Assembly (NCBI GenBank): GCA_964016885.1
Contig: OZ024743.1
Span: 123,008,001 to 123,072,000, forward strand
Direction of reading: 5' to 3'
Length of the DNA: 64,000 nucleotides
Origin: Eledone cirrhosa
Lineage: Eukaryota
Position 1 is the stretch's first letter, and each line of letters starts with the position of its first letter. Both the position numbers and the translations under genes were made by a program. Under the pieces are notes generated by a model. It had not been told where the DNA came from and searched no databases. It saw only the letters and a program-made list of their open reading frames with translations. This document shows positions 15,701 to 29,440 of this stretch, one piece after another.

Positions 15701-16329
15701 CGGTAACAATAGATACACATAGGCGTGTATATTTGCGTTCACATGTCAGGATATATGTGATTATAGTTATACTTAGCATACGTTTTTGTTTGCATATATT
15801 TTATCCCGTGTAATGTTTCATGTGGAAGATTGAATTTGCTTTTATCCCACTATGTTAAAACAAAATGCCCCAAATTGTAACCTTGAAAAGCTAAAATGTT
15901 TCAAAGACAAGGCTGAGACATTTTACAGGTTCTCTGCATGAACGGATCTGTGAAAATCCGTAAGAAGTTTTTCAGAATGTTGGCAAATAATATGAAAACA
16001 CAAAACGATTACATCAATACAGAGGCAGATAACATAACCATATGAACCACTCCTAATACATCGCTACGACTGCAATGGCTGTTATACAAAATAGGATGTT
16101 GTAGCATTAGAACTTCCATTATAATAACACTACCACATTACAATCACCAAGGTAAGCAGCAGATGAATATACAGAAACACACGCATGTGCACACGCATGT
16201 GCACACGCATGTGAATATGTATATACACAGCAAGACACAGACGCAGACACACACGCACACACATAAACACACACACATATATATATGTATATATACGCAC
16301 ACGCGCACACACACACACACATACATATA

Positions 16330-16384
<55 letters not shown>

Positions 16385-17215
16385 AACTATGGGAAAATAA
16401 CATGTACAGTGTAAAGAACCTGAACAACAATGTCACAAATGCAAGGGTTCGCACTGAGTACAGTACACGCCAAATTCTTTATTTATTTAAATCCCATTCC
16501 CGGGTAGAAAAGGAACACTATAACCTAGCGGCAGCGGTTAGCACCTCTGAATAAATTCAAGGTTGGTTTAAAGAGAGAGGATATAATATTTAGGTTAGGA
16601 TGTTTTATACAAATTACCATATACAACGTTTATAACATTTTTTAGAGAATGATATTTTGCATGATTAAAACTAAAAGAAGCTAAGAAAAAACAAATTAAA
16701 TGCAGCAAATCGCAGGAATTTGGATAACAAAATCAGTGCTTAGTGTATTTTGACGATCAAAGAAAAGAAGGCCATCGGCAGTTATTAGGACATTGGTATG
16801 TAAATGCGGTCAAATCGAAGGCGAAACTCGTGGTCGCAGCGGCCACGACGACGAAACAAAGATTAGTCTTTCCTTTTTTCCTCCATAAGCATGCCAATTC
16901 AAGAGCGAATTTCTTCTTAATTTTTTGAAATTGTTTTCTCTTCTCATTCAACTGCCGCTAGGTTTTCTTTCTTAAACCAAGAGGAACATTTCAATAAATT
17001 CAGAACACCTTGACTTAATATTATATTATATTATATTATATATATATGTGTGTATGTATGTGTGTGTGTGTTTGTGTTTGTGTGTGTCTGTGTGTGTGTA
17101 GTGCGTATGCATGTCTGTGTAAGAATACATACAAATGCAAAATACACAAAATGAAAACAACTATATATATTATATAGAGTTATCTATATTTTCATATGCA
17201 GACAAAAAATGCGCG

Positions 17216-17259
<44 letters not shown>

Positions 17260-17418
17260 GCAATGTGAATGAAGAAAGACAATGTTCAGTGTAAAGTCAT
17301 GTGATGAATCACTGTGACACATTATTTTGTTGGAAAGTTTTTCAGACCAGTAAATAATAGTGTCGCCTTAGACTGTGAAAATAAGCTGCATTTTGTGGCC
17401 TCTTCTCCCACTCCTACT

Positions 17419-17476
<58 letters not shown>

Positions 17477-17669
17477 GTATCTCAGTCTCTATTACCCTTC
17501 CTTTATTTGTGTCTCACGAGTTGATAACAGTTAGAAACATCACCACATAAAATCAAGTTTTAAGCAATTTGACGCCCCATACTTATTTTACAAATAAAAA
17601 TTATCCGTACGTTCAAGCTACTTGATATATCTCCAGCTGTGCATATGTTTCCACACACGAAGTCTGTGC

Positions 17670-17700
<31 letters not shown>

Positions 17701-17720
17701 ACCATCTATTTCTCCATCTC

Positions 17721-17765
<45 letters not shown>

Positions 17766-19999
17766 ATGTGTGTGTGTAATTATATCGAGGAAAGGGATAT
17801 AGAGAAAAGCAGGATTGCTTGCGCATGCGCTGGGGAGAATTCCTCTGCAAACGTATAACGGGATAATAGCGAGAATTAAGCATTATAGATGCGTATTAAT
17901 GCTTATTTGTACATTTAGATTATTAAAAGAAGGATTTATGGGTAACATCTAGCAAGACTCGTGTGGATGAGTAGTTATGATTTAATTGTAATGAATGAGA
18001 CAGGCTAATATTCAATAAATTGAATTTAACGATATACGAACATTTGTCGACCGCCACAAATACGTATGAATCCATATTTTGCACTAAATGCTTTTAGAGA
18101 AATACAAAGTGCAATATGAAAGAGAATAACATTTCACACAAATATCCACACTTGTGGACGAACAGGTTTTGACTCTATACTCTATAGAATTATTTAAGTC
18201 ATGCAGTTATATTTTGAAATAAAATGAGTGCCTATGTCGTCGGATATTTTTTCAATCCGAGGCTATAGGATCGCAGTGTGTTCTTAACTAGAGGATCATT
18301 ATTGCAAAGCGAACTTCTTAATCACGAATACTTGTAGTGAACCTCTGGTTAAAAGTACCTCATTGGGACTAGTTATACTATACTTTACGGAATATGATTG
18401 TTTCTTATTACAGAATGTATAAGTGTGCATTCATATTGTAAAGATCAAGCATTATAGTTTTGCAATCATATACGCGAAACTGAAAAGGCTGGTAATTCGT
18501 GTGTTGACATATATGCTTACAGCCTTATAGCCGACCTTGCTTGATTGTGTCAACTAGTGTATTTGCACTCACACTCCGTTCATCGTTTTAGGCTAGAGAA
18601 TTTACTGATACGTTTTCAGTGAGGTTCTAAAGGTTTTACACCTATCTTATTGATTAACGTAAATTTCATTGAAATCAATTTACACAATATGTCTGTATCA
18701 AATTTCAGCTGCTAGGTATCAATGCTATAACCATATCCTCCTAGGTTGTGTTCTTACGATTTTATATCATTACACGATGCTGTTTGTCGTGAATATACCT
18801 TAAACTCTAAGAGACACAAGCTTTATTAATGTATGTCAAAACTAGGTACATTGAGTTATATTTATAGTAGGAGTAAATAAACGAAGGTCTTTTTGCTCAC
18901 TAAACCAGATTAGAGATATCAGTCAAATAATTTTAATATCACACCTAACCTTTCTAATAGAAAGCACCATTGGGCGTTCTAGTTTTAGTTATTAAAAGAC
19001 GTAGTTGACGTGGCTGAGATGACTTAACTTAATTGAATGCATGTATGTAATCCTTGCTTGTAACTGTAGCATGTTATATAAATCTAATATGTGACGCGAG
19101 ACTGTAGTTGGTATTACACGACAATCTTCCAGATTTGTGATGCAAGTAAGCCGTACTCATCATTTCTAAAACACTCCAATCACAAACACAATCACAACCA
19201 CAAACACAAACACACACGCGCGCACATACATTCACTCAGTAACATACACACTAATAACATTTGTTCTCTCAGACTATCAAGTTTTCGAACAGATAATATA
19301 AAAAAGTATAAAGGTTCCCTTATTTAACGGAGACTCCCGCTATTTGGGACATCTGTATATGTGTACACATCTATGTATCTATGTGTACATGTATGTATGA
19401 GTGGATGTTTGTATGAATGTATGTCAGTGCATTTTGAAAAAGATTCTTTATCTTCTGGTATCCAATTTCTCATCACAATGTAAAGCATCCAAAGGATTAC
19501 AGCAACAATGAAGAATGTCTCTTATACAAACGAGTATTCTGTTGCTGTTATGTAGAACTGAAGGATGAAAGAGAAATTAATTTGAAAGGAGATAAGAATG
19601 CAAGAATTAATCTCAGTTTTTTCCTCCTATAGATTGATGCGTCCCGAATTGATTAAACCAGACATTAATTCAAGTTGAAATAGCAATGATTTAGCTATGC
19701 AAAGCCACCACCTAAGTGGTTGTACATAGTTAAATACTTTCCGTTAAATACGGATTGGAACTTGAATGACCATTACCATAAACGATAATGGCACTTCTTT
19801 AGTAATTGAGCAATGATGACGCGAATAGATCTGAGTATTATCTTGCATATTGTGACATGTATGTGCACTACTTTCATGCCAGCAAGGATATATTTAAATC
19901 TAATTAGCTGAATTCAGACAGAAAAACTGCTGTTAAACAAAACAGATTACTCCATTAAAATATGTGATATTATACGTTGTGTGTGTGTGTATATATATG

Positions 20000-20115
<116 letters not shown>

Positions 20116-20199
20116 TCAAACAATTGCAAAATTTTCGCATTAATGTCATTTAGCTTTTTCAATATTACAAGGATCCATTGATGTCGCAGAATAGTAATT

Positions 20200-20234
<35 letters not shown>

Positions 20235-20399
20235 AATAATAATGATATTAATAATAGTAATAATATGTGTGCACATGTGTGTGTGTGTGTAGTGAATATA
20301 TATACACACATAAATACACACATTCACACACACAGATGTATGTATGTATGTATGTATGTATGTATGTATGTATGTATGTATGTATGTATGTATGTTATG

Positions 20400-21002
20400 T
20401 CAGGTCACCAGTTGGTGCTACTGGTAACATGTATCCCAGTACAACCTGTCTCATGATCGAGTCGTTGGCGACTAAACTGGCAACCCCACTAAGGTTTCTT
20501 GGTGAGGAGGGTGACTTTGGACATCCTACAGGACTAAAAACAAAACCTGTCAAAGGGCAGAGGAGCTCTTAAGAGTCAATGGCCATCCAAAATCACCGGG
20601 AGAGATGACCCCTTAGCCTTTGTCAAGGCAGAATTCTAGGAGAAGGAAAACTCTGATATAACACCTGCAACCCTGATGGTATCCAATGATGTTGACTTGT
20701 TCTTCTTTTTGGTAAATATCATCTTGGTTAAGAGAGTAGGACTGGCTTTGTGCAGTGCCTTTGCTCACTATAAAAGCTTCACGGCACAGGCATTGCTTTG
20801 TATCTGGAGATCTCTCTGCACTTGTCGTCACATGGTACCATGTACACTATGTGTCAATAATTGTCACAAGTGTAGTGTTTGTGCCAGAGTTTTCAAGTCG
20901 CTGGCTGGACTAAAAAGTCACACTCGTTCAGCGCATCGGTAGGTGTTCTCCTACATGGATATAAAGTAGTGGCCGTACTCAAAAACGAGTTGGCAGCCAC
21001 CA
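20400..21002 (+). mobile_element. Internally deleted RTE-like element in (TATG)n
   Basis: Structured 5' UTR joined to a C-terminal C2H2 finger CSVCARVFKSLAGLKSHTRSAH; (TATG)n on both sides. Confidence 0.65.
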
Positions 21003-21203
21003 TGTATGTATGTATGTTTGTATGTATGTTTGTATGCATGTATATATATGTGTATATATGTTTACGACTGGGGCTAGTGAGTTGGAAGTTCGCGCGTGTG
21101 TTTCTAGATCATAGGCATCAAGGTGAAGGTATATATTGCTCCTAAATCATATTTCCATCGCACTCTATTGATGAGAAAGATCTCTCTCTCGAGTTATGGT
21201 ACT

Positions 21204-21532
21204 TACCGCATTTCCCGGCGTCGAAAACGCTACTTTTTTCCTAAAATAAATCTCAAAAATCTACCATGCATCCTGGAGGCCGAAAGTTGTTCCGGATGCC
21301 ATGCTTTGAAGTATAGAGTTACCTCCCTGTATGATCTGAGTTCAAATTCCGCCGACGTTAACTTTGCTTTTCATCCTTCCGGGGTCGATAAAATAAAGTA
21401 CCAGTAATGCACTGGGTTATTTGCTGGCCTCGTGCCAAAAGTAGAAACAATTATTTTTTTTCAAATTTTTGGTTGTCAAAAATAGGGTGCGACGTCAAGG
21501 ACGAAACGTCTTCGGCGACGGCAAATACGGTA
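21204..21532. mobile_element. Tc1/mariner-pogo type MITE (TA TSD) interrupted by a SINE
   Basis: TIRs TACCGCATTTCCCGGCGTCGAAAACG / CGTCTTCGGCGACGGCAAATACGGTA. Confidence 0.75.
21292..21455 (+). mobile_element. tRNA-derived SINE, 5'-truncated
   Basis: Homologous to 7268-7456. Confidence 0.9.
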
Positions 21533-21639
21533 CCTACTCTGTGCTGGTAAATATCTTACTGTTAGAAATGTATATTGCATTACTCAGGGTTCTCAACAAC
21601 ACAACTGAAGCTACTTTAATCAGGGAACGGTAGCCGGCC

Positions 21640-22400
21640 TACGAGACATGGAAACAGCTAGATCTTCTCTGCCCTGTCGACACCCATCCCTCTCTTCTCT
21701 TTGTAGACGTCCAAATTGTATACCAGCCAGTGCATCATTAGCTCGGACAGGCTGGTGCGCCGTCTAGACCCGCACCGTCTCGCATGTTTTCGCCTTGCTT
21801 TCCAACACAACGGCCGTGCCTGGCTCAACGTAATACTATGGCTTTGTCTGGACAGTGACAGCGCATCGGTGTTTACTTGACGCTCGGCCTCCGGATCGGT
21901 GAAATGCCGTTGCGGATCCACCGTAGATTTTTTTCAGCCACTTCCTCTCATCATGCCGTTATTGTTCTGACTGCCTCCTCCGCCATTCTGCTCTCAACGA
22001 GATTATAAAGGACTGCCTGGAAGCCGCAAGCTTCTCTTCCCAACTCTAGTCAGCGGTGCTAGTCCGGGGGACGGCAAAATACCAGACGGCATCATCATTT
22101 TCCTGTCTCGCGGTGGTCGGACCTTAATCTGGGATGTCACATACTGCAACATCTTCTCCAGCGGGAACCTGGTGCGTTCATCTACCAGCCCAGGCTTCAC
22201 TGTCCGTGTCAAAGTATTGGCTACTCTCAGATTCGTGGTCGAGCTAGAGAGGGTTCAGACAACCAGTGTTCTTGATCCACAAACCACATCCCTATCACAG
22301 CTATCGGGGTGATGTTGACTACCTGCAAGTGCGAGCTCCACGAGGTTGAGTGGCTGTTCCAACGCGTGGTTGTCGTCATACTCCGGGACAATGTTTTCTC
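21640..22400 (+). mobile_element. CRE-clade non-LTR retrotransposon 3' remnant (RLE domain)
   Basis: Frameshifted CRCGS..H, RHSALNEII, GDGKIPDG..LIWDVT and WLFQRVVVVILRDN motifs. Confidence 0.75.
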
Positions 22401-23444
22401 GCAAAAGCTCAAATAACTGTATTTCTTTAACATACTAAAGCGTGTAATGAATAAATAGTTATAAATGTGTCTTGTATTACACCTTAAAAAACACTTCCCT
22501 TCAGCAACATCTCTGAAGTTGAACAAGATTGAAATTTTAAGATTGCTTTTAAAAAGATATCGTCTGATATATTTGTCTCGATCCATTCGTGGGATAATGA
22601 ATCAGTTTGAATTAATTTTTTTTTTTTTTTTTCGTTTTTATGCTTCTCTCTATCATCTCTGATATGGATGTCACCTGCAGGGTAGTAAAGAACATTTAGA
22701 GATATCCTCACAGATTTGTTATTGCTAGTTATTTAATTGTGTGTATGCAGCAAAGTGTCTTGTATATGTATTTTTTTTATGATTTTGCAGTTGAATATTC
22801 TCCCAACTCCTTTAGGTGTGTGTATTTCACATCTTTTAGCTGTAATATGACCATCTCACAGTGAAATGGCATTGAATATCGCTTTTCTTTTCAATGACAT
22901 TATGTCATATAGAAAGGTAGTAACCTGCTGACGTATTTCGGACAGCTGATGTTGATATGGCGTATATCTTTCATCCTGATTTGACATAGCTGAAAATGTT
23001 TCACAGTGGCTCAGAGGCGTTTCTTTCCCCCTCCCCTCATTGTTCTGTCTACAACATACATATTGCAGATATATAGTTATCTGCAATTTTCTATATGTGA
23101 AATGAAAGCAAATATGTGTTCAGGTCTGTGCGTGCGAATGTTTTGTCTGTACGTCTGTGTGTATGTGTGTACGTGCGTGTGTGTCTGTGAGTGTGCGTAT
23201 GTGTGTGTGTGTGTGTGTGTGTCTGTGTGTGTGTACGTGTGTGTGTACGTGTGTGTGTGTGTGTGTGTGTACGTGTGTGTATGTGTGTGTGTGTGTGTAT
23301 GTATGTGTGTCTGACTGTTGCAGACACACTATCAACATATGTTATTGATAGTACCTTGATGTGCTGAAATTGGTAGTACACACTCGCAAACACATACATA
23401 TTTGCATTAATTCACACACACACACACATATATAGAAACATACA

Positions 23445-23539
<95 letters not shown>

Positions 23540-23555
23540 TCATACATACAGGCAC

Positions 23556-23590
<35 letters not shown>

Positions 23591-23838
23591 TTGTATGTAT
23601 GAATATGTATATATGTATGTTTATATGTATGTATACGTAACACTCCACAGGTTGAATGAAATGTGTGTGTGCGTGTTTGCGTATGTATGTGTGTGTATGT
23701 GTGTTATATTTTTGTGTAGGTATTAACAAGTCATGGAATACAAACGACCACTTCACATTCATCATTTCTCTGGCTCGATTATAAAATATGTTGAAAATGG
23801 TCGGATGGATTGCACTTTTAATTCGTATATCCAACTTT

Positions 23839-23888
<50 letters not shown>

Positions 23889-23892
<4 letters not shown>

Positions 23893-24320
23893 GGTATTAA
23901 TAAATGGAAACTATGTTTATAAAACCATATTTATTTCATTATACATATTTCAGGGATACCAAATTAAATTATGGTATGCCTTCATCAGACAAAATACAAT
24001 ATATAACAGTTTTACAAATAAGCTTTGACGTACCCTATTAAAATGCAACCATTGTTTGTGGAAGTCATCCGGATATTGAATTGTTTATATAACTTTAATA
24101 AGTCATAGTGTTAAGGACAATTAGAAAAAGACGGAGAGAAAGAAAAAGACGGAGAGAAAGAAAAAACGTGGAGAAATATCGGAGAGAGAGAGAGATGCAT
24201 GGAGAAAAATAAATATGGTTTTATAAACATAGTTTCCATTTATTAATATCGTATATCTACTCCAAATACTTGTCGAGTGCTTTATATCAGTTATAAAAAT
24301 ATTTTAAATAGGACTTTTGC
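23889..24320. mobile_element. Fold-back Penelope-like element with HHR
   Basis: Arms 23889-23936 / 24207-24255; HHR on minus at 23933-23995; TACTC-CAA..TTG-TC-GAGTG hairpin at 24258-24279. Confidence 0.8.
23933..23995 (-). ncRNA. Type I hammerhead ribozyme motif
   Basis: ATTTTGT-CTGATGA-AGGCATACCA..TGGTATCCCT-GAAA-TATGTA-TA-ATGAAAT; stems I, II and III all pair. Confidence 0.75.
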
Positions 24321-24332
24321 ATATATATATAT

Positions 24333-24430
24333 AACGAAGGAAATGTGGTAAGGAACTAGGTGGACCATAATGCACCAAAGTACTCAATACTTAGGGTAGT
24401 AGAGGGGGTAATAGGGGTGCTACTCGTTCC
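24333..24430 (-). mobile_element. Second copy of the 4378-family tail
   Basis: Clear similarity to 4378-4460, with the same (TA)n junction. Confidence 0.8.
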
Positions 24431-24662
24431 TATATATATAAGAATATGCGAAGGAATACGTACTGAAAGATTATGTATGTATAGTTATGTACATTTAATA
24501 TGTGTGTGTAAAAAAATGTAATGAAGCTATGAATACATGTAAATACATTTATTAAAAGTATATATTTGTGCATATACGTACATACATACATACATACACA
24601 CACACTTCGCACACATATTTATATATATATATATATGTATATATGTATATATGCATATATAC

Positions 24663-24699
<37 letters not shown>

Positions 24700-24721
24700 T
24701 ACATATATATATATATTATAT

Positions 24722-24807
<86 letters not shown>

Positions 24808-25203
24808 CGTACATTATTAATCCTTACATTCACCATTATGTGTGGGATATATGAATGCATTAATGGAATTTTTAAATTATTCAAGTAATTTAAATCAGCT
24901 CCCTTCAATTTAGAAGTATATCCATAATATCTCAGCCTGTCGCTTTCTCTGTCACACACTCTTCTACAAATGGTGTACAAATGTGAAGCCGTAGTTTGCA
25001 AGCATATGTATCGTGCAGTTCATGCATGATCAAATGAGTATGTATGTGTATCTTTACATAGGCGATCTATTCGGAATTGTGAGAGTAGTTAGTAGCTACT
25101 TGTTGTTTGTTGGATATTTACATATGTTCAGGAAGAGTGTAAAGGCTAGAAAACACTTACACATATATCCATATCCATGTATGTGCGTGTTGAAGTACGT
25201 GCG

Positions 25204-25230
<27 letters not shown>

Positions 25231-25234
<4 letters not shown>

Positions 25235-25394
25235 TAAAATAACAGATTAAAGTTTAAGCAAAGAATCGTTGCTTTCACCCTTAACGGGATCTTCTAAAAC
25301 TAACAAAATATTTGCTCTACGGTTCTTATATATTTGATATATATTTATCCTTATCGAGCCCTCTTCGGATTTTAGTCTTCAAATTTATTATTAT

Positions 25395-25397
<3 letters not shown>
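25231..25397. mobile_element. Short (TA)n element, family C (inverted 5' part)
   Basis: Homologous to 29235-29396 and 58537-58668. Confidence 0.85.
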
Positions 25398-25433
<36 letters not shown>

Positions 25434-26451
25434 TATATATATATATATGATATATACATAGATATATATGTATACAAATACCTGATTACACACACATAAC
25501 ACACACACACACACATCCACCCCCACACACCCACACCCATATATATATATATATATATAAATATATATACACATATATATATATATGAATATATATACAC
25601 ATACATATATATATATATATATATATGCATGTATGTATGTATTTATATACACATGAAATTTCTCTGTAAGGAATATATTGATTTTTATGTTTCACATGTT
25701 TTACTCCCTTAAATGACGACGCTCTCACCGTAAAATAGGTTTCGGGCATTTATAAGCCGAGAACTATATTGGTAAGAATGTATGAAAACACAAGAAAATA
25801 AGGAAAGAACTAACAAAAATTATGAAGGGAAAGAAAGAACCATACGCAGAGAGAAAGAGTGGTGAAAGAGAATATAAGAATTAGGAAATGAAAATATATT
25901 TAGAAAAGAACTGTTCATCTAAAGCGAATGAATGTATAGAAAATCTTTTAAAATAACAGAAAAGAATATATTGAAGTTGAATAATTTAAGATGTTGGCAG
26001 TTTCATGGAAGCATTGGATAGTGATTCCAGGAATTATATATTCTGTGAAAGGAGCGATGTCTTTAGGATTAGGTGTTTCGGCTGTGAAATATTATTCCGA
26101 TATTTATTAGTGTGGTTTCAATATTTAGATGATATATCATACTTAGTATTTATTTTTTATACTAATCAGACACATATACACATACACAGACTTCAAACAC
26201 ATTTTAATCACACACATAAACATATTCACACTTCGCATTGCTTTGCAGTAACTCGACTTTCTTATATCTTAGGTGTGTGTATATGTGCGTGTTATATGTT
26301 TGAGAGGCTATTAGTGGAAATACGTAGCATTCTCTCTGCCAACCACCCCACATATCTATCTTTCTTTCTTACTCTCTTAACACACACACACACACACAAT
26401 GTGTATATATATATTAATGCAAGTATTTAATGATACACTATAAACTGTCAG

Positions 26452-26590
26452 TTCTTCTTCTTCTTCTTCTTCTTCTTCTTCTTCTTCTTCTTCTTCTTCT
26501 TCTTCTTCTTCTTCTTCTTCTTCTTCTTCTTCTTCTTCTTCTTCTTCTTCTTCTTCTTCTTCTTCTTCTTCTTCTTCTTCTTCTTCTTCT
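26452..26590. repeat. (CTT)n / (GAA)n tail of the adjacent LINE
   Basis: Directly visible. Confidence 0.95.
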
Positions 26591-27360
26591 ATACATCCGT
26601 TACCGGTACCACTACGAAGTTCCTCCTCCACCATACCCTGTCTAGCATTGCCATCTGAATTTCTTCAGTTTCAAACCAGTGTCATTTTAATGAACAAACA
26701 TCCTTCAGTGTTGTGGTTGGTCTCCCAACTCGTCTGCACGCATCAGGTTTTCAGAAAATGACTCTTGTCAGCAGGTTCATTGTGATGTCTCTCATATCCG
26801 GCTAATGCGAGCACCCTACACCTTATGATTTCAGAGAGGCGAAGGTGTGAGGTGTAGAGTAATATTTTTGCTACCTGTGTTCTCCAGGATATGTTCTGGA
26901 TCCTTCTCACCATCCGGGTGATTGTGCCATTAACCTTCATTTTGAGTGTTTTTTGTCAGTGTCCACAACTCATATCCATAGAGGAGAATGGACACAACCG
27001 TTGCTTTGAATAGCCTCATTTTTGAGGTTTTCTTGATCGGAGAAACCCACCCCTTTGATAGGGGAGCTAGAAGACCCTCATATCATGCTTATTCTGGTGT
27101 CCACGTCCTGCTTAGTGTTCATAAAACTGCCAAGATACAAGAATTCTCCGAACCATCCAGTGCATTCATCTATTTATTTGACTCTGCATTGAGGTGCATG
27201 AATTTTGTTTTGCAAGCATTCAAGAAGAGTCCAATGGAGTGTGCTGCAGCCTCCACTATGTAAACCACCTCCTCAGCTTCTTTCCAGGTGTTTTCAGGAG
27301 AGCTATGTTATCTGCCTGAACCATTTTAGTTAGAACTTCATCCGGAGGACTTGCGGACAT
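26591..27360 (-). mobile_element. Degenerate RTE-like LINE 3' fragment ending in (GAA)n
   Basis: Minus strand ADNIAL (FADD-like), YGYE.WTL, NGTITRMVRRIQNISW and LALAGY. Confidence 0.7.
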
Positions 27361-27537
27361 GCACATATTCATATGTACACACACACACACACACATATAT
27401 ACTTACGTACCCACATACACAGATACATACAAATATACATACATACCTACACACATACACACACATACAAATATATACTCGGTTATGCATGGATACATTA
27501 TATATCGATATTCATCTTATTATTCCAGTATATAAGA

Positions 27538-27775
27538 GCGGTGGATTGGCAGTATAGATATTATACCGGACACCCTGCTTTGCAGGACAGAGTTACGACC
27601 CTTTACATTATGGGTTCAAAACCAGCCGAGGTTAGCTTTGCCTTTCATCCTTACGGGGTCGATAAAATAAAGTACCAGTAATGCACTGGGGTAATTGCAC
27701 TGGGGTTGATTTAATCGACTCCCCCCCCCCCCCCCAATTGCTGGCTTTGTGCCTAAAACGTAGTAATAATTATTC
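27538..27775 (+). mobile_element. tRNA-derived SINE with TSD ATTATTCCAGTAT
   Basis: Family homology; TSD at 27519-27531 / 27769-27781. Confidence 0.9.
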
Positions 27776-28270
27776 CAGTATCTGTTTTAATGATATTTGT
27801 CATGCTGTTAGCAAAAGGAACTGTGTGTGAATAAAATGAAGTATCACACTGATTAAAAACGATTAGGAAGAGGATGTGGTCCATTAGCGTCTGAGAAACG
27901 TCCAAGAATATGTACACGAATCTCTGAAGAAGAAATTGCGGCCAACTGCATGTATAATACCCCGCAATAAATATTTATTCTACTTCGGTATTGAGTTTTC
28001 TCTTTCCATTGTTCATATTAACACCGAACAGTATTCTAATTTACAATAGATGTACGCATGTAAATTTGAAAAAGGCATGCTCATATTTGTAAATATGAAT
28101 AGGTTTCAAATCTTTCAAATCTTTCAAAAATGTATGAATATACTTGTAAATAAAGGTTGTGTGAGTGTGCGGGGCAGAGGATATTGTTGAAAAGATAAAT
28201 GATATCTGTATGCATGGATTAAAATATATTAACTGTACACATATAATAAATATAACATGATTTAGGGACA

Positions 28271-28455
28271 TAATTGTTTCTACTTTAGGCACAAGGCCAG
28301 CAAGCACCCAGTGCATTACTGGTACTTTATTTTATTGACCCCGTAAGGATGAAAGGCAAAGTCAACCTCGGCGGGATTTGAACTCAGATCGTAAAGGGAC
28401 GTAACTATGCTGGAAAGCATGGTGTCCGACCCTCTACCGATACTGCCAATACTTC
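28271..28455 (-). mobile_element. tRNA-derived SINE
   Basis: Family homology. Confidence 0.9.
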
Positions 28456-28480
28456 CAAATTTACCTATAAGCATAATAAT

Positions 28481-28663
28481 TGTTTCTACTTTTGGCACAA
28501 GGCCAGCAATTAACCAGTGCATTACTGGTACTTTATTTTATCGACCCCGTAAGGATGAAAGGCAGATTTAAATTCGGCGGGATTTGAACTCAGAATAGCA
28601 AGAGCCGTAACTCAATGCGTCAAAGCATGGCGTCCGACCCTCTACCGATACTGCCAATCCACC
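28481..28663 (-). mobile_element. tRNA-derived SINE with 16 bp TSD
   Basis: Family homology; CTATAAGCATAATAAT at 28465-28480 and 28666-28681. Confidence 0.92.
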
Positions 28664-28751
28664 ATCTATAAGCATAATAATACACTCAATCACACACACA
28701 TGCTCAAACCCGTATATATTTACGAAAACTGCCGACGCTTGTCCTTTGCTT

Positions 28752-28783
<32 letters not shown>

Positions 28784-28959
28784 GCATGTGTATGTGTGTG
28801 CGTGTATGTGTGTACATACACGCACGCACACACATACACACACACATACACACATACACGCATACACACATACACGCGCACATACACGAGCGCGCGCACA
28901 TGCGCACAGAATTATAGACTACCTGAATACACACGTGCCTTTTCTCAAAATATTTTCTG

Positions 28960-29225
28960 TTCTTTCCTCTTCTCACTCCCCATCTTTCTACTTTATCTTT
29001 GTTTTGTCATTCTATCTTCAGATGAAGGATTAATGTCCGAAGCGTAAATACTGTTTTCCTACTACATCAAGTGCTAAACTAATATATTTTTTCATTATAG
29101 TGTTGTTTACTTTGAGTTTCCCTTTACATTTTGCACAACCACATCTCCCACTCTCACTAAACGTGAAACTAATGATATTTGTAACATTTACTCCTGCGTT
29201 TGTCTGTTTTTTTGTTTTCCGAACT
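28960..29225 (+). mobile_element. Penelope-like pLTR remnant with degenerate minimal HHR
   Basis: CAGATGAAGGATTAATGTCCGAAGCGTA at ~29017-29046; ends at a TA run. Confidence 0.5.
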
Positions 29226-29234
29226 ATATATATT

Positions 29235-29392
29235 ACTTTCAGAAGATCCCGTTAAGGGTGAAAGCAGCGATTCTTTGCTTAAACTTTAATCTGTTATTTT
29301 AATAAATATTTGCTCTACGGTTCTTATATATTTAATATATATTTATCCTTATCGAGCTCTCTTTGGATTTTAGTCTTCAAATTTATTATTAT

Positions 29393-29396
<4 letters not shown>
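29235..29396 (+). mobile_element. Family C element, colinear form with variant HHR (29237-29285)
   Basis: TTT-CAGAAGA-TCCC/GGGT-GAAA-GCA..TGC-TT-AAAC, then GCTC..GAGC hairpin. Confidence 0.8.

Positions 29397-29432
<36 letters not shown>

Positions 29433-29440
<8 letters not shown>

Noticed and set aside
20676-20942. C2H2 zinc-finger host gene
   Set aside because: A single finger at the 3' end of a repeat before (ATGT)n; typical of an RTE-like LINE terminus
26377-26645. Poly-Glu and poly-Leu ORFs
   Set aside because: (GAA)n tail of a LINE remnant
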